Assembly: GCA_965217865.1 (NCBI GenBank)
Contig: CBDCJO010000002.1
Span: forward strand, 5,120,001-5,184,000
Direction of reading: 5' to 3'
From: Candidatus Latescibacterota bacterium
GTDB lineage: Bacteria > Latescibacterota > UBA2968 > SICM01
Length of the DNA stretch: 64,000 bases
Shown: in pieces, positions 1 through 9,873 of the stretch
Position numbering within the stretch: the first letter of the stretch is position 1
Layout of the letters: the number at the start of each line of letters is the position of its first letter
Translations under genes and position numbers: made by a program
The notes under the pieces: generated by a model
The model's input: the letters and a program-made list of their open reading frames with translations, nothing else
Database searches by the model: none
What the model was told of the DNA's origin: nothing

Positions 1-7
1 GGTTCGG

Positions 8-334
8 ATGGCTACAGAGAAATCGATGGTTCGGCTCAAGGCCGACGCAAAGATCGCGAGAATGGAGCTTGAGGAGATCATGGGGGAGGCGGACCCCAAC
101 CGGGAGGATGTGAAAGCGAAGCTGGCCGTGATCAATGCAGCGAGGAGCAAGATGCTCGAAAAGAGCGTAAACCTTCGCCTGGAGATGAAAAAGATCCTCA
201 CACCAGAGCAGCAGGAGAAGATGCGGCACATGATGATGTGGGGGAAGGGGAAGCACAAAAAGAAGGGGGATATGAGGATGCGGCGGGATTGGGGTGGACA
301 TGGGTGTGGAAAAGGTAAAAAGAAAGGTAATTAG
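8..334 (+). CDS. Spy/CpxP-like periplasmic protein, C-terminal part (probably runs off the left edge)
   Basis: Helical protein ending in the ILTPEQQ (LTxxQ) motif; Met/His/Lys-rich tail. Confidence 0.7.
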   Translation: MATEKSMVRLKADAKIARMELEEIMGEADPNREDVKAKLAVINAARSKMLEKSVNLRLEMKKILTPEQQEKMRHMMMWGKGKHKKKGDMRMRRDWGGHGCGKGKKKGN

Positions 335-1206
335 GAAGATATTGGTACCAGATTCACCAGATATGAAGCAATAATTGGGAAGAGATCCTCGTCTTCCTGG
401 TTGAATCTGAACTCTGTTTCCTTCAGGTATAAATGGAAATGATGTCGAGGGATTCCTCTGTATTGATATAGCCAATTTTTAGAAAAACTCCAGAAGCCTT
501 CGATGCCATTGATGTGATGTCGGCCTTTGCCTTTGGGCACCCCTTCTTCTTTTCGAACAACCACGTGGTCACCTTTGACTGACAGCCAAGTGTAGGCGTG
601 CCAGTCATCGGTGTAGTATAGACTGCCTGCTTTGGTGTGTGAGGTCACAAGCGGTGTAAGGGTGTTTCGACTTCGATCCGGAATGGGAAAGGTGAGGACT
701 TTTCCGTTCCTCTGATAAAGCCCGAAAACCAAGTGTTTTCCGGCTGCTCCCCATCCACGCTTACCCTTATGATGACCTCCATACATCGCCTCGTCCAACT
801 CGATCTCACCCCAAAGCACCTGGTCCGTAAAGCTATGATCGTAGATGGCCTGGCGAAACGTGGTATAAATCCGCTGAGCCGTTTTCAGCGATACGGACAG
901 GTAGTGCCTGGATCGGTAAGAGGGCACTCCCAATACAAACAGATAAAGTAAATGGGCAAGCTCGTCAAATGAAATTCGAAGCCTTTCAAGATAAGTGCCC
1001 GTGAAATCTTTAAACCGATATCCACACCGTGAACACCTGAACCGATCGTCTTTTAATAAGGGCAACCTGCGCTGATAATCGCAGCTTGGACATCGCCTTT
1101 TTCCACCCCAACGGGCTGCACGAAAATAGGCCCTACTTATCTTGCAGTCATTTGCTAACTTAAGTGGATTAATTACCAGCATATTATTAATATACGCTGG
1201 TGCCAA
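331..1206 (-). CDS. IS1595-family (ISXO2-like) DDE transposase
   Basis: CPSC/CSRC zinc ribbon, IELDEAMYGG, YTDDW, HINGIEGFW, YLKETEFRFN; the real start is probably downstream of 1206. Confidence 0.92.
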   Translation of the reverse strand: MAPAYINNMLVINPLKLANDCKISRAYFRAARWGGKRRCPSCDYQRRLPLLKDDRFRCSRCGYRFKDFTGTYLERLRISFDELAHLLYLFVLGVPSYRSRHYLSVSLKTAQRIYTTFRQAIYDHSFTDQVLWGEIELDEAMYGGHHKGKRGWGAAGKHLVFGLYQRNGKVLTFPIPDRSRNTLTPLVTSHTKAGSLYYTDDWHAYTWLSVKGDHVVVRKEEGVPKGKGRHHINGIEGFWSFSKNWLYQYRGIPRHHFHLYLKETEFRFNQEDEDLFPIIASYLVNLVPISS

Positions 1207-1211
1207 TATCT
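337..1211 (-). mobile_element. IS1595-family insertion sequence
   Basis: Terminal inverted repeats AGATATTGGTACCAG (337-351) and CTGGTGCCAATATCT (1197-1211), 14/15 match, enclosing the transposase; no target duplication seen. Confidence 0.8.
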
Positions 1212-1389
1212 ACTCAATCACCAAAAGAAAAGTGTAAAATAGAAGTTGAAAATTTTCCCTCTCCAGGGATCTTATGGGGATATGGGGACGGGTTGGTGGT
1301 TGGTGGTTGGGGGCGGGTAAGGGATAAAACGGTTTCCAAGAACTCGATTCTAAAAGGACATGCCTGTTAAAAGGTATGTCCTTCTCTTT

Positions 1390-1509
1390 TCCTGGCACCG
1401 ACCGCACCTAACCTTTCTCCCTCAACATATTGGATAACAGACGCAAATTGGGCAGGATATCGTCAATAATTAAAAGATCGTCCAGCAGCTCTTGATTGGT
1501 CGGGCTCAT
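1390..1509 (-). pseudogene. Response-regulator receiver N-terminal remnant
   Basis: Manual translation from ATG 1509: MSPTNQELLDDLLIIDDILPNLRLLSNMLREKG*VRSV; TAG at 1410-1408; rest missing, next to the IS1595. Confidence 0.7.
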
Positions 1510-1562
1510 CAAGCGCCCTTCTCCTTTTGCACCACATATGACAGCCTGCCCGCCGTCTGGTG

Positions 1563-3407
1563 TTATCCCCGATCGGTGAGTGCCATCATCTTATCAAACC
1601 GAAATTCGTCAAGCAACGTCCGAAATCCTTCCGCCACGGCATGGTGTTCTGCTTCGATCTCATCGATCAAATCGGAAACCCGTTCTAAATCTGCCTGGCT
1701 GGCCTCTTTGTGCAGCTTTGCTATCCATTCCGGAGGCAATGCCAGCAGAGCCTCCGGCGTCAACGCCTCCTGCAATGTAGCCGCATCCCGTTCCACGTCC
1801 TCCTCCTCATAAATAAAAGCGACACCCAGGTGTTCCGCCATCACATCGAACACCTCTGCCTCCCGAAACGGCTTCGGCACAAATCCGTCGCACCCCAACG
1901 CGAGGATCCGTTTTCGATCCTCCTCAAAGGCACTCGCCGTCAGCGCAATCACCGCCGTTTCCCGTCCCTTTTCCTGCGCCTTGATCCTCTGTGTGGCTTC
2001 ATACCCGTCCATCACCGGCATCCGCATGTCCATCCAGACCAGGTGTGGCTTCCATTCCTGCCAAACCTCGATCCCTTCCTGTCCGTTTACGGCCTCTCGA
2101 ACCTCAAACCCCAGCGGTCTCAGCAAATTTACCATCAACATCCGGTTCTCCAACTGGTCTTCCACCACCAGAATGCGATACGTGGGCTGATCGGGCGCCA
2201 GCCCCACCACCTTTCGGGTCGGTCCTTCCGTTTTCACCTCGGCTGCATCCACAGGTACAGCCGGAATATGGAACTTGAATATCGACCCCTTGTCCACAAA
2301 GCTGCTCACCGCAATTTCACCACCCATCAACTGCACGAACTGCTTGCTAATCGGCAGGCCCAGGCCGGTGCCCTCCTGGGTTCCCCGGCCGGAGGCCGTC
2401 TACGCAAACGCCTCGAAAAGCATCTCCACCTCATCCAGCGCAATGCCCATCCCCGTATCTTCTACTTCAAACACCAGCAAAACTTCCGGTCCTGCCTTCT
2501 TTCCAGAGTCAACCTCAGACACGCGTTCCCCACCTGCCCGGAGTGTCACCCCGCCCTCCCTGGTAAACTTAATCGCATTGCTCAACAAATTCATCAGCAC
2601 CTGCCGCAACTTTCCCCCGTCCGCCCGCACATATCGCGGCACTTCCGGCACACGTTCAAAAACCAGACCCAACCCCTTATCTATTGCACGCAACTTGAAC
2701 ATCTCCTCCAGCCCATCCAGAAGCCAGTATAGATCAAAACTCTCCTCGTTCAACACCGTCTGACCCGCCTCAATCTTGGACATCTCCAGCACATCGTTAA
2801 TCAGCCCCAGCAAATGCTCGCCGCTCCTGCCAATCACCCGTAAGTTTTCCCGCTGCTGATCGGCCAGTCCCTTATCCCGGTCCATCAACTGGCTGAATCC
2901 CAGAATCGCGTTCAGGGGCGTGCGCAGCTCGTGGCTCATGTTGGCGAGAAAAGCGCTCTTGGCTCGGTTCGCTTGCCCCGCGGCCTCCGCGGCTGCTTCG
3001 GCCTCCTGCCGCTCCGTCTGTGTCCGCTTCCGTTCCGTGATGTCCCGTATCGAAGCCGTGTAGAATCGTTCGCCTTCCACCACCAGAGATGTGAAGCGAA
3101 GCTCCAGTGGAAAGACCTCTCCGTCCTTTCGAAGACCTTCGAGTTCCAGGTATTTTCCGGATGTCCGAAGATCCTCTGTTGATACGGCCCTCGAAAACCC
3201 GGCGTGGTGACGAGCCCGGTATTTCTCAGGCATTAAGGCCTCAAGCGTCATCCCATAAAGATCATCTGGCTGATACCCGAAGATTCTCTCAGCTTCTTGA
3301 TTGACCAGCCGGATCACTTGCGAAGTATCCACTGTGATGATCGCATCTCCAACCGTGTTAAGAATCGCTTCGATGTGGGCAGAATTCCCAGAAAGACTCT
3401 TTGGCAT
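1563..3407 (-). pseudogene. PAS-HisKA-HATPase-REC hybrid histidine kinase with one in-frame TAG at 2402-2400
   Basis: FLANMSHELRTPLN and NLLSNAIKFT, then FEAFA*TASGRGTQEGTGLGLPISKQFVQLMGG in one frame, then receiver (VWMDMRMPVMDG, KPF). Confidence 0.9.
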
Positions 3408-4085
3408 TGAAGAACCAATCTAATGAAGTCCGTATGAAATTCATCGTTCATATATAACCGAATAATCGGCATTTTATGGAAATTTTATGCGATAGTCAAT
3501 ATAGAAAAAACAGGCCGGATTTCTGTGAAGAGAGTCGGCGGTTTTGGTTGAAGGTTTTGATGCGGCCCTCTACCAGCATAGAGGAGCCAATCGGCTCGGA
3601 TGCAAGGTGCAGTCGAAAACCGGCCTTTTGGACGCCCGATTGTACACAAATATGGACACTCGGCCAGGCTCTAGTTTTTTTACTGCGGTGAAAAAGTGTG
3701 ACAATGTTTGACATTTCGAAAATCTAAATGACGTAAATTATGATCAGGGGCGACATCGGGCCGACGCGGGGGCCAAAGGGATCGACGTGACCGGGTTCGC
3801 CGTGGAGGGCGGTCCGGAGATCAGCTTGTCGGTTTCCACCCTGTCGTTGGAGACCATCAAATCGGCGGGGCAGAAAGGCCGAAAATGCGGCGACGTGAGA
3901 ACGGTCGTTGATCCGATTCGTATTAATATAACGAACAAAATAATTTTCAGTTCCCCCCTTCCGCCACTCCCCCATTTCCGGATTCCGAGCATTAGACCGG
4001 TCGGCCGCTAAAAACCCAATTTGAGCTCCATCGACAGGCTTTCGCGCGGACGCTAAGATCGCACGAATCGAGCTGGAGGAGTCCA

Positions 4086-4484
4086 TGCACCGCGCACCAT
4101 CTGGACACAAACAAAGGAACGCTGGAGATCTTCCAGAATATCTCCTCGTTACCCCCGGACTTCGAAGGTGGCAACACCGCTCACATCGAGCTCCATCCCA
4201 ATGGCAAATGGATCTACGCCTCCAACCGCGGCCACGACAGCATTGTTGGCTTCAACATCACAGAGGATGGATCACTCAACCCGTTCGGTCACTTCTCCGT
4301 TCCGGCCAGTCCCAGATCATTCAATATCGATCCGACCGGGACTTACCTGTACTGCGCCGGAGAACAGGCGGATTCGATGAACGCCTATCGCGTCGATCCC
4401 TCCAACGGTCATCTGACGCAGTTCGACCGCTATGCGGTAGGGAAGTCACCCTTCTGGGTGATGGTGGTGAATCTGGGGAGTTAA
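4086..4484 (+). pseudogene. 6-phosphogluconolactonase/lactonase-family beta-propeller, C-terminal fragment without a start
   Basis: Manual translation: AHIELHPNGKWIYASNRGHDSI..PRSFNIDPTGTYLYCAGE..GKSPFWV*; not in the ORF track. Confidence 0.85.
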
Positions 4485-4662
4485 CGGGACAACGGAAGAA
4501 GTATGGGAAACGCGGGGTATTCCTCTCCCGTAAGACGGGAGAGGGTGGATTGCCCATGATGGGCAATCCGGGTGAGGGCCAGACAGCGCTTCGGCTTGCC
4601 ACCCTAACTGCGGTAATCGTTCCGCTCCGCCCGCATCGAATTGAGTTAACGGAGCATTCCTG

Positions 4663-4807
4663 ATGAAAAACGTAAAAATCGTCGGTCGGGATCGGAAGCG
4701 CCAGTTTTGGCCGCAAGACCCTCGGAGACATACTATCCCGACCCGAACTTTCCGGCAGCACGCTGTGTCTCGTGGACATTCGGCCTGAAGCGCTGTTGGA
4801 TTCGTAG
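4663..4807 (+). pseudogene. Glycoside hydrolase family 4 N-terminal remnant, frameshifted
   Basis: GGAG RBS, MKNVKIV then shifted frame VGIGSASFGRKTLGDILSRPELSGSTLCLVDIRPEAL, resembling the GH4 Rossmann start. Confidence 0.65.
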
Positions 4808-4937
4808 AAGCTGCGGCAACGTGGAAGGATTTGTGAGCGATCGCGAGTTGTCCTCATGTGCGCAAGCTGCCGTTCGAGACCGATGGGGACACATTCGTCC
4901 CGATCGCGCTCAAGGCGCCCTTCCTGGGTTTTGAACG

Positions 4938-5945
4938 ATGACTTTCCAGTTCAAACAGGCCCGCGATCATCCGGTCCTCAGCATCGTTCCCCTCGTCACA
5001 CGGATGGTGGCCGCGTATCGCGATCGAACGGACAAGGTGCATCTGTTCTGCGATGCGTATGATCCAAAGCGAGAGACCGTCTTCGACGATCCCCTTGACT
5101 CGTGGGAGGCCGAGGTTCGTTACCTGACGACCGCGGACTTCGAGCACTGGGAAGACCACGGATTCGCGATCACGAGGGGTACGTGGACGGGCGACGTCGC
5201 AACCTCCGATTATGACTGCGTCGGCGCGGGCAGCCCGGGCGTCACCGTGGCGGGTGACAACGTGCTCCACTTCTACGCAGGCAGAGGACCCACTGATCCA
5301 GGAGGCCCCTTCGTCAAATCGATGAACCGGGAAGACCTGCCGGGCCGCATCCAACTCGCCATCGCGCCGGCCGATGAAAATGGCGCACCGGCCGGTCCGT
5401 TCGTGAAGTGCGGCCCGATCACCGACTACGACGCCCCGTGGCGCTCCATCCGACACGACGACCCCTGCCCCATTGTCGTGGGAGACGAGATTCTCTTGTT
5501 CTACAAGGGTATCGGGCCAGGAACAACGCGCGACAACCGCGTCATCGCCCTCGCCAGGGCGCCGGTCGACCGGCCTGAAGGACAGTACGAAATCCATCCT
5601 GACCAGATCCTGGTCACCAAGCGTGGATCGGAATCGCCTCGCGTCTTTCGCACCGACGAGACGTGGCATATGTTTACGCTTCAGTACAGCTTCGAGCACG
5701 AAGATCTGGTCCGGCGCTACGTACACCTGAGCGGCACCGATCCCTTCCACTGGGACCTGGTCAACGACAAGCTGTTCCTGACCACGAGCAAGCGACCCCA
5801 CCACGGAACGGCGGACATGTGCCCGCTTTGGAATCCGTTCCGTGAAGGGCCGCCGGAGTTCGCCTTTAGCAACCGGCTCGACGACGGGACATTCGGAGAT
5901 GCCGGGCTCTACAAGCAGTGGTTGTTCGAGATTCTTCCCAAGTAG
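4938..5945 (+). CDS. Five-bladed beta-propeller glycoside hydrolase (GH43/GH117-like)
   Basis: Repeated blade motifs: GSPGVTVAGDNVLHFYAG, DDPCPIVVGDEILLFYKG, SESPRVFRTDETWHMF. Confidence 0.65.
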   Translation: MTFQFKQARDHPVLSIVPLVTRMVAAYRDRTDKVHLFCDAYDPKRETVFDDPLDSWEAEVRYLTTADFEHWEDHGFAITRGTWTGDVATSDYDCVGAGSPGVTVAGDNVLHFYAGRGPTDPGGPFVKSMNREDLPGRIQLAIAPADENGAPAGPFVKCGPITDYDAPWRSIRHDDPCPIVVGDEILLFYKGIGPGTTRDNRVIALARAPVDRPEGQYEIHPDQILVTKRGSESPRVFRTDETWHMFTLQYSFEHEDLVRRYVHLSGTDPFHWDLVNDKLFLTTSKRPHHGTADMCPLWNPFREGPPEFAFSNRLDDGTFGDAGLYKQWLFEILPK

Positions 5946-5977
5946 CATCGTCAGACGCAGGACTTATGGAGAAACGA

Positions 5978-6817
5978 ATGGATCCAGCCAGAGTCAAAGC
6001 GCTACGTGAACAGCTCATCAAAGACGGATACTGCCACGTTCCCAGCGTGGCGCCTCTCGACCTCACCGAAGAGATTCGTCGAACAGCCGACGCGGTTGCC
6101 GACGAACTGCCCGATGAGCTAAAGGAGCGGCACCGCCATCAGGGCTCACTTATCAGCGTCTACGATCACGAAGAGATGCTGCCCATCATAATGCTCCCGG
6201 CCGCACTCGGCGTCCTCCGCGATCTGGGGTACCCCAGCCCGAGGTTCTACAGCGGGTTCATCATCAGCAAACCGCCCGAAGTCGCGCCGCCCCTGTTCTG
6301 GCACCAGGACGGCATCATCTGGGACCAGCCCATGAGCTACACCGACACGCCCCATCAGTTCTTCCTGATGTACTACCTGATCGACACGAACCGACAGAAC
6401 GGGTGCCTGCGCGTCATCCCCGGGTCGCATCTCAACCGGCACCGCCTGCACGGGCTCCCTCCCGCACACACGGACGAAATACAGAAAGCCGACGAACACC
6501 ATCCCGCCCTTCAGAAGGATCCCGACGAGATCGACTTGCCCGTCAAGGCAGGCGATCTTGTGATCGGAGACGCCCGCCTGCTGCATTCTGCGCATCCCAA
6601 CCGCTCGAAACAACGCCGTACGGTCATCACGCTCTGGTTCTGCCCCACCTTCGACGACATGCCTGAGAACATCCAGGCTTTCTACAGTCGTGAAAGGGAG
6701 AAACCCCCCCACTGGAGCGATGAAGGCTGGGAGACGCTCGCATCCCTCCGCACATCCTATTCCGGCAACGCCCAACCCTCCGAAAGCAATCGGATTCCCG
6801 ATGCGCGCCTCGCGTGA
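5978..6817 (+). CDS. Phytanoyl-CoA dioxygenase (PhyH)-family Fe(II)/2OG dioxygenase
   Basis: WHQD, NGCLRVIPGSH, LHSAHPNRS..RR; GGAG RBS before ATG 5978. Confidence 0.9.
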   Translation: MDPARVKALREQLIKDGYCHVPSVAPLDLTEEIRRTADAVADELPDELKERHRHQGSLISVYDHEEMLPIIMLPAALGVLRDLGYPSPRFYSGFIISKPPEVAPPLFWHQDGIIWDQPMSYTDTPHQFFLMYYLIDTNRQNGCLRVIPGSHLNRHRLHGLPPAHTDEIQKADEHHPALQKDPDEIDLPVKAGDLVIGDARLLHSAHPNRSKQRRTVITLWFCPTFDDMPENIQAFYSREREKPPHWSDEGWETLASLRTSYSGNAQPSESNRIPDARLA

Positions 6818-6824
6818 TCCTTCT

Positions 6825-6995
6825 TTATCGTTGCCTCGTAGGCGACGAACTTTGAAAAGAGCCGAAATCGCCAAGCATCTCGCCGTGATCGATGGAGAAG
6901 ATGATATAGGTGTTGGAGCGAAGGTCGCGGTCACCCAGCACCTTCAGAATGTCGCCGATCTGATAGTCGATCTGCTCGATATGGGCACAGTACTG
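6825..6995 (-). pseudogene. Sulfatase internal fragment
   Basis: YCAHIEQIDYQIGDILKVL..NTYIIFSIDHGEMLGDFG, the sulfatase SDHG region; no flanking domains. Confidence 0.75.
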
Positions 6996-7118
6996 TCTCT
7001 GAGTCCGGAGGAGAAGGAACCGGAATTGAAGATGAAGCGGAGAATGCATCACAAAAAAGATGCGACCGGGTGGGATGAGGGGCGACGGGTGTCGGGGACG
7101 GGATTAAGAGCAGGAAAA

Positions 7119-7270
7119 CGGCAGACGGCAAACGTGAGACGGGAGAAGCAGCAGCAGTGGCAGGACAGGCAGGGGCCAGTGGCCGGAGGTCAGGGGTCGG
7201 GAGAGTCAAAACCGGCTCCTGAGCCCCTTAATCGCCCTGGATTACAGAAGTCAGGGGCCAGAAGTCAGGA
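7119..7270. repeat. Composite 6/7-mer tandem tract, dispersed family
   Basis: 7183-7215 matches 52972-53004 at 30/33; related blocks at 8672-8722, 54361-54450 and 58018-58070. Confidence 0.75.
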
Positions 7271-7317
7271 TAAGATCAAACCATAAAGATTGTTAGACCT
7301 GGTGGTCATCAAGCGGA

Positions 7318-7350
7318 AGGGCATGCCCGAGAAGGCATGCCCTTTTGTTT
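7318..7350. terminator. Intrinsic terminator-like hairpin
   Basis: AGGGCATGCC-cgagaa-GGCATGCCCT followed by TTTGTTTT. Confidence 0.6.
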
Positions 7351-7422
7351 TGCAATTATCGAAAGGGTTGTTACCAAGCCCAATGATAAGGGTTGCAGGC
7401 CGTGCTCGCTGCGAAAGGACCC

Positions 7423-8577
7423 TCAGCCTGCCCGGACTCGCCAGTCCGGCGAATCGCAGCCTAGAATCATCTCCTCCGTTATCTGCCCGTAGGCCAGCCT
7501 GGCAACGGCTTTCTCCCCTTCAAGACCGGTGCTGCTGTCCTGAATCGTGTTCCCCACCCACGTATACGCCGGGCCGGTCTTCATCGTATACACGATGTGG
7601 ATGACCCCTTCCGGGTCTTGAGTGGCTGAGGGATAGCAGATGAACCGGTCCCTGTCGAGCACGAGTTCCGCGCAGAAGGTGAGCCCGTCGTCTTCGGAAA
7701 GGGCGGCCGTGAGGTAGCTCCGCCCGACGTACTGGTCGGCCGGAGGTCTGTTCTTGTGTCCGGCCCGCGAGGCGAAAGTGGCATTGTTCAGAAGAAGGAC
7801 CCTTCCCGAGGCGAGCTTGAGCAGGAAAGGCTTGGTACCGGGGTTGGGGATTCCGGTCTCCCGAATGTCGTACCAGGACCCTCCCTCATCGTCTGATAAC
7901 CCCTCGAAGAGCCTCCCTCCGGTCGTGCGGTAAAGCGCCCAGAGCTTGCCGTCATCACGTTGAATGATGGTAGCCTCATCCAGGCCGCCGGGCACCTCGT
8001 CCGTTGTCCCGGGGTTCCGGTTCACCCAGGTCCTTCCATGGTCGACCGACGTGCGGGCATATTGCACAGGTCCGTCTTGAACGGGAGCCACCCACCTTCC
8101 GCTGGAGAGCACGATAGGCGGATTCGCCCCCCAGTGGGACCACGGTCTCACATCGCGGATCTTTATTTCATCTCCGTCCGCAGACACAATACCCTCGAAT
8201 ATCCGATCACCGCGAATTCGCTGCCGAAAGCCGGGGCAGTCATACTCTGCCCACTGCAGCCACACTTTTCCGTCGGGACGGGTCCACAGCACCGGACCAC
8301 CAGCCGCCCACCCGTCCTCAGGATCGATGACACACTCCAAGGCCGACCAGGAATGGCCGTTGTCGAAGGAGCGAGCCATTGCGACAACATTGTCGGGCTC
8401 GGGCTCGGCCCTGGGCCCACCCAGACAAGCAACGAGGAGCGTCCCTTTCGGGCTTCGCGCAATGGTCCCGACGTGAACGAACAGGCCCCACTTCTCCTCC
8501 AGGACCAGTCCCTTGGCCTCTCGGAATGGCGTATTTCGAAACAACTGCGTGTCGATCACGAAAAAGTCCTTCCACAA
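7423..8577 (-). CDS. BNR/Asp-box repeat sialidase-like beta-propeller
   Basis: Asp boxes SFDNGHSW, SVDHGRTW, SDDEGGSW, SEDDGLTF and YPSA; start uncertain (TTG next to a heptamer tract). Confidence 0.85.
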   Translation of the reverse strand: MWKDFFVIDTQLFRNTPFREAKGLVLEEKWGLFVHVGTIARSPKGTLLVACLGGPRAEPEPDNVVAMARSFDNGHSWSALECVIDPEDGWAAGGPVLWTRPDGKVWLQWAEYDCPGFRQRIRGDRIFEGIVSADGDEIKIRDVRPWSHWGANPPIVLSSGRWVAPVQDGPVQYARTSVDHGRTWVNRNPGTTDEVPGGLDEATIIQRDDGKLWALYRTTGGRLFEGLSDDEGGSWYDIRETGIPNPGTKPFLLKLASGRVLLLNNATFASRAGHKNRPPADQYVGRSYLTAALSEDDGLTFCAELVLDRDRFICYPSATQDPEGVIHIVYTMKTGPAYTWVGNTIQDSSTGLEGEKAVARLAYGQITEEMILGCDSPDWRVRAG

Positions 8578-8580
8578 TTC

Positions 8581-8825
8581 ATTGAATCTGAATATCGGAA
8601 AATTGAAGGTTTGAATAACTCAGGACTTTCTTGTGGACTTATTGATCTCTTTGATTTTCAATCTTCAATTTCCCCTGACCTCTGCCACTGCTACTGCTTC
8701 TCCCGTCTCACGTCTCACGGCTGAGTTGAATTTAGGTCTTCTTCTGACTCCTGTCTTCTGTATTCTCTATTCCGGTGGGTGTGGGCGGAAGGGTCTTCGT
8801 TTCACGTTTCACATCTCACGTTTGC
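8581..8825. repeat. Cluster of heptamer tandem tracts between the BNR gene and acoX
   Basis: ATTGAA(G/T) copies and their inverse TTCAATC, TCTCACG x2, TTCTGTA/TTCTCTA, TTTCACG-type x3. Confidence 0.75.
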
Positions 8826-9873
8826 CGACTTTCCCGACGAACACGCCTGCTCGTGCGGCGAGATCAATCGCCTTGCGTGCGTCTATCACCCTGGGGCCGT
8901 TGACATTAAGCCGCAATCGGACAGTGGCGCCTGGCCGGAGTTCGATTTCGCGCTCGCCATCGAGGGCAAGCACACAAGGCTTTTGGTGGCTGACTACGAC
9001 CTCCTCGCACGGCGCCAGCAGTCGGTACTCAGATACGCTTACCTGTCGGATGAGGCCAGGGGCAATGGGTGCCAGCACTTGCTGGCCGCCCGGCTCCAGG
9101 CTAAGATACAGCCCCTGTCCTCGACTGAGCGAAGTCGAAGGATCGGACGAGTGATTCCCGTCAAGAAAGTGGGCACCAATGGATGACAGTCCGATGTTGC
9201 CAGCTTCGGCGTGGGTCAAGATGACTTCCTTGATTTTTGACACATCCCAGATTGCCCGAGAGGCGATAAATCGCTCGTCATACACGGCTGCATCTACCAG
9301 AGCGATGTCGTCAGGCGCATCGGCTGCCCGGATGGCTGCATCGCTGCCGCCCTCAGCGGACTTGCCATAAAGGACGTCCAAGCGCGGCACGACCCCCACG
9401 GCCTCGTCGGCCAGCCCGCGCGCGACCAGCCCTGCGGCCATCCCGGCAATGGTGCCTTCGATCATCGTGGGAAAAACGTTGTTGGTGCCGGTGGAGATCG
9501 GCATGAGGGGGACGTCACCGCTGGACTTGGCCACAGCGCGGTTGGTGCCGTCACCACCCAGCGTGGCGATACAGCCGACGCGGTCCGCAGCCATGTGTCC
9601 CGCAGCACGCGTGGAGTCCTGCTGGGTGAATGTTGTAGGCAAGGACAGGACCGGGGCATCGAGCCCGAGCTGCAGCCCGTCAAGCGCCTTACGGCCGATG
9701 CCAAACGATTCGGGCATGATCAAAACGCGGTCCACGCCCACGGCATCCAGCCCCAGCAACACCCGACGGACGATGTTGACTTTTTCGTCGTTGTCGAACA
9801 CCGTGCCGTGGGCCACCAGTCGGCGGATATCTTTGCCCGATGCCGGGTTCGCGATGATGCCAACGGTGATCAT
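8809..9873 (-). CDS. acoX: ATP-NAD kinase-family acetoin catabolism protein
   Basis: GIIANPASGKDIRRLV, LGGDGTNR, STGTNNVFP, LALDGERE; located in the aco cluster. Confidence 0.88.
   Translation of the reverse strand: MITVGIIANPASGKDIRRLVAHGTVFDNDEKVNIVRRVLLGLDAVGVDRVLIMPESFGIGRKALDGLQLGLDAPVLSLPTTFTQQDSTRAAGHMAADRVGCIATLGGDGTNRAVAKSSGDVPLMPISTGTNNVFPTMIEGTIAGMAAGLVARGLADEAVGVVPRLDVLYGKSAEGGSDAAIRAADAPDDIALVDAAVYDERFIASRAIWDVSKIKEVILTHAEAGNIGLSSIGAHFLDGNHSSDPSTSLSRGQGLYLSLEPGGQQVLAPIAPGLIRQVSVSEYRLLAPCEEVVVSHQKPCVLALDGEREIELRPGATVRLRLNVNGPRVIDARKAIDLAARAGVFVGKVGKREM

Noticed and set aside
3640-3740. Enhancer or promoter motifs (TGTACAC-N5-GGACAC, TTGACA)
   Set aside because: No convincing -10 or -24/-12 element at the right spacing and no intact downstream gene
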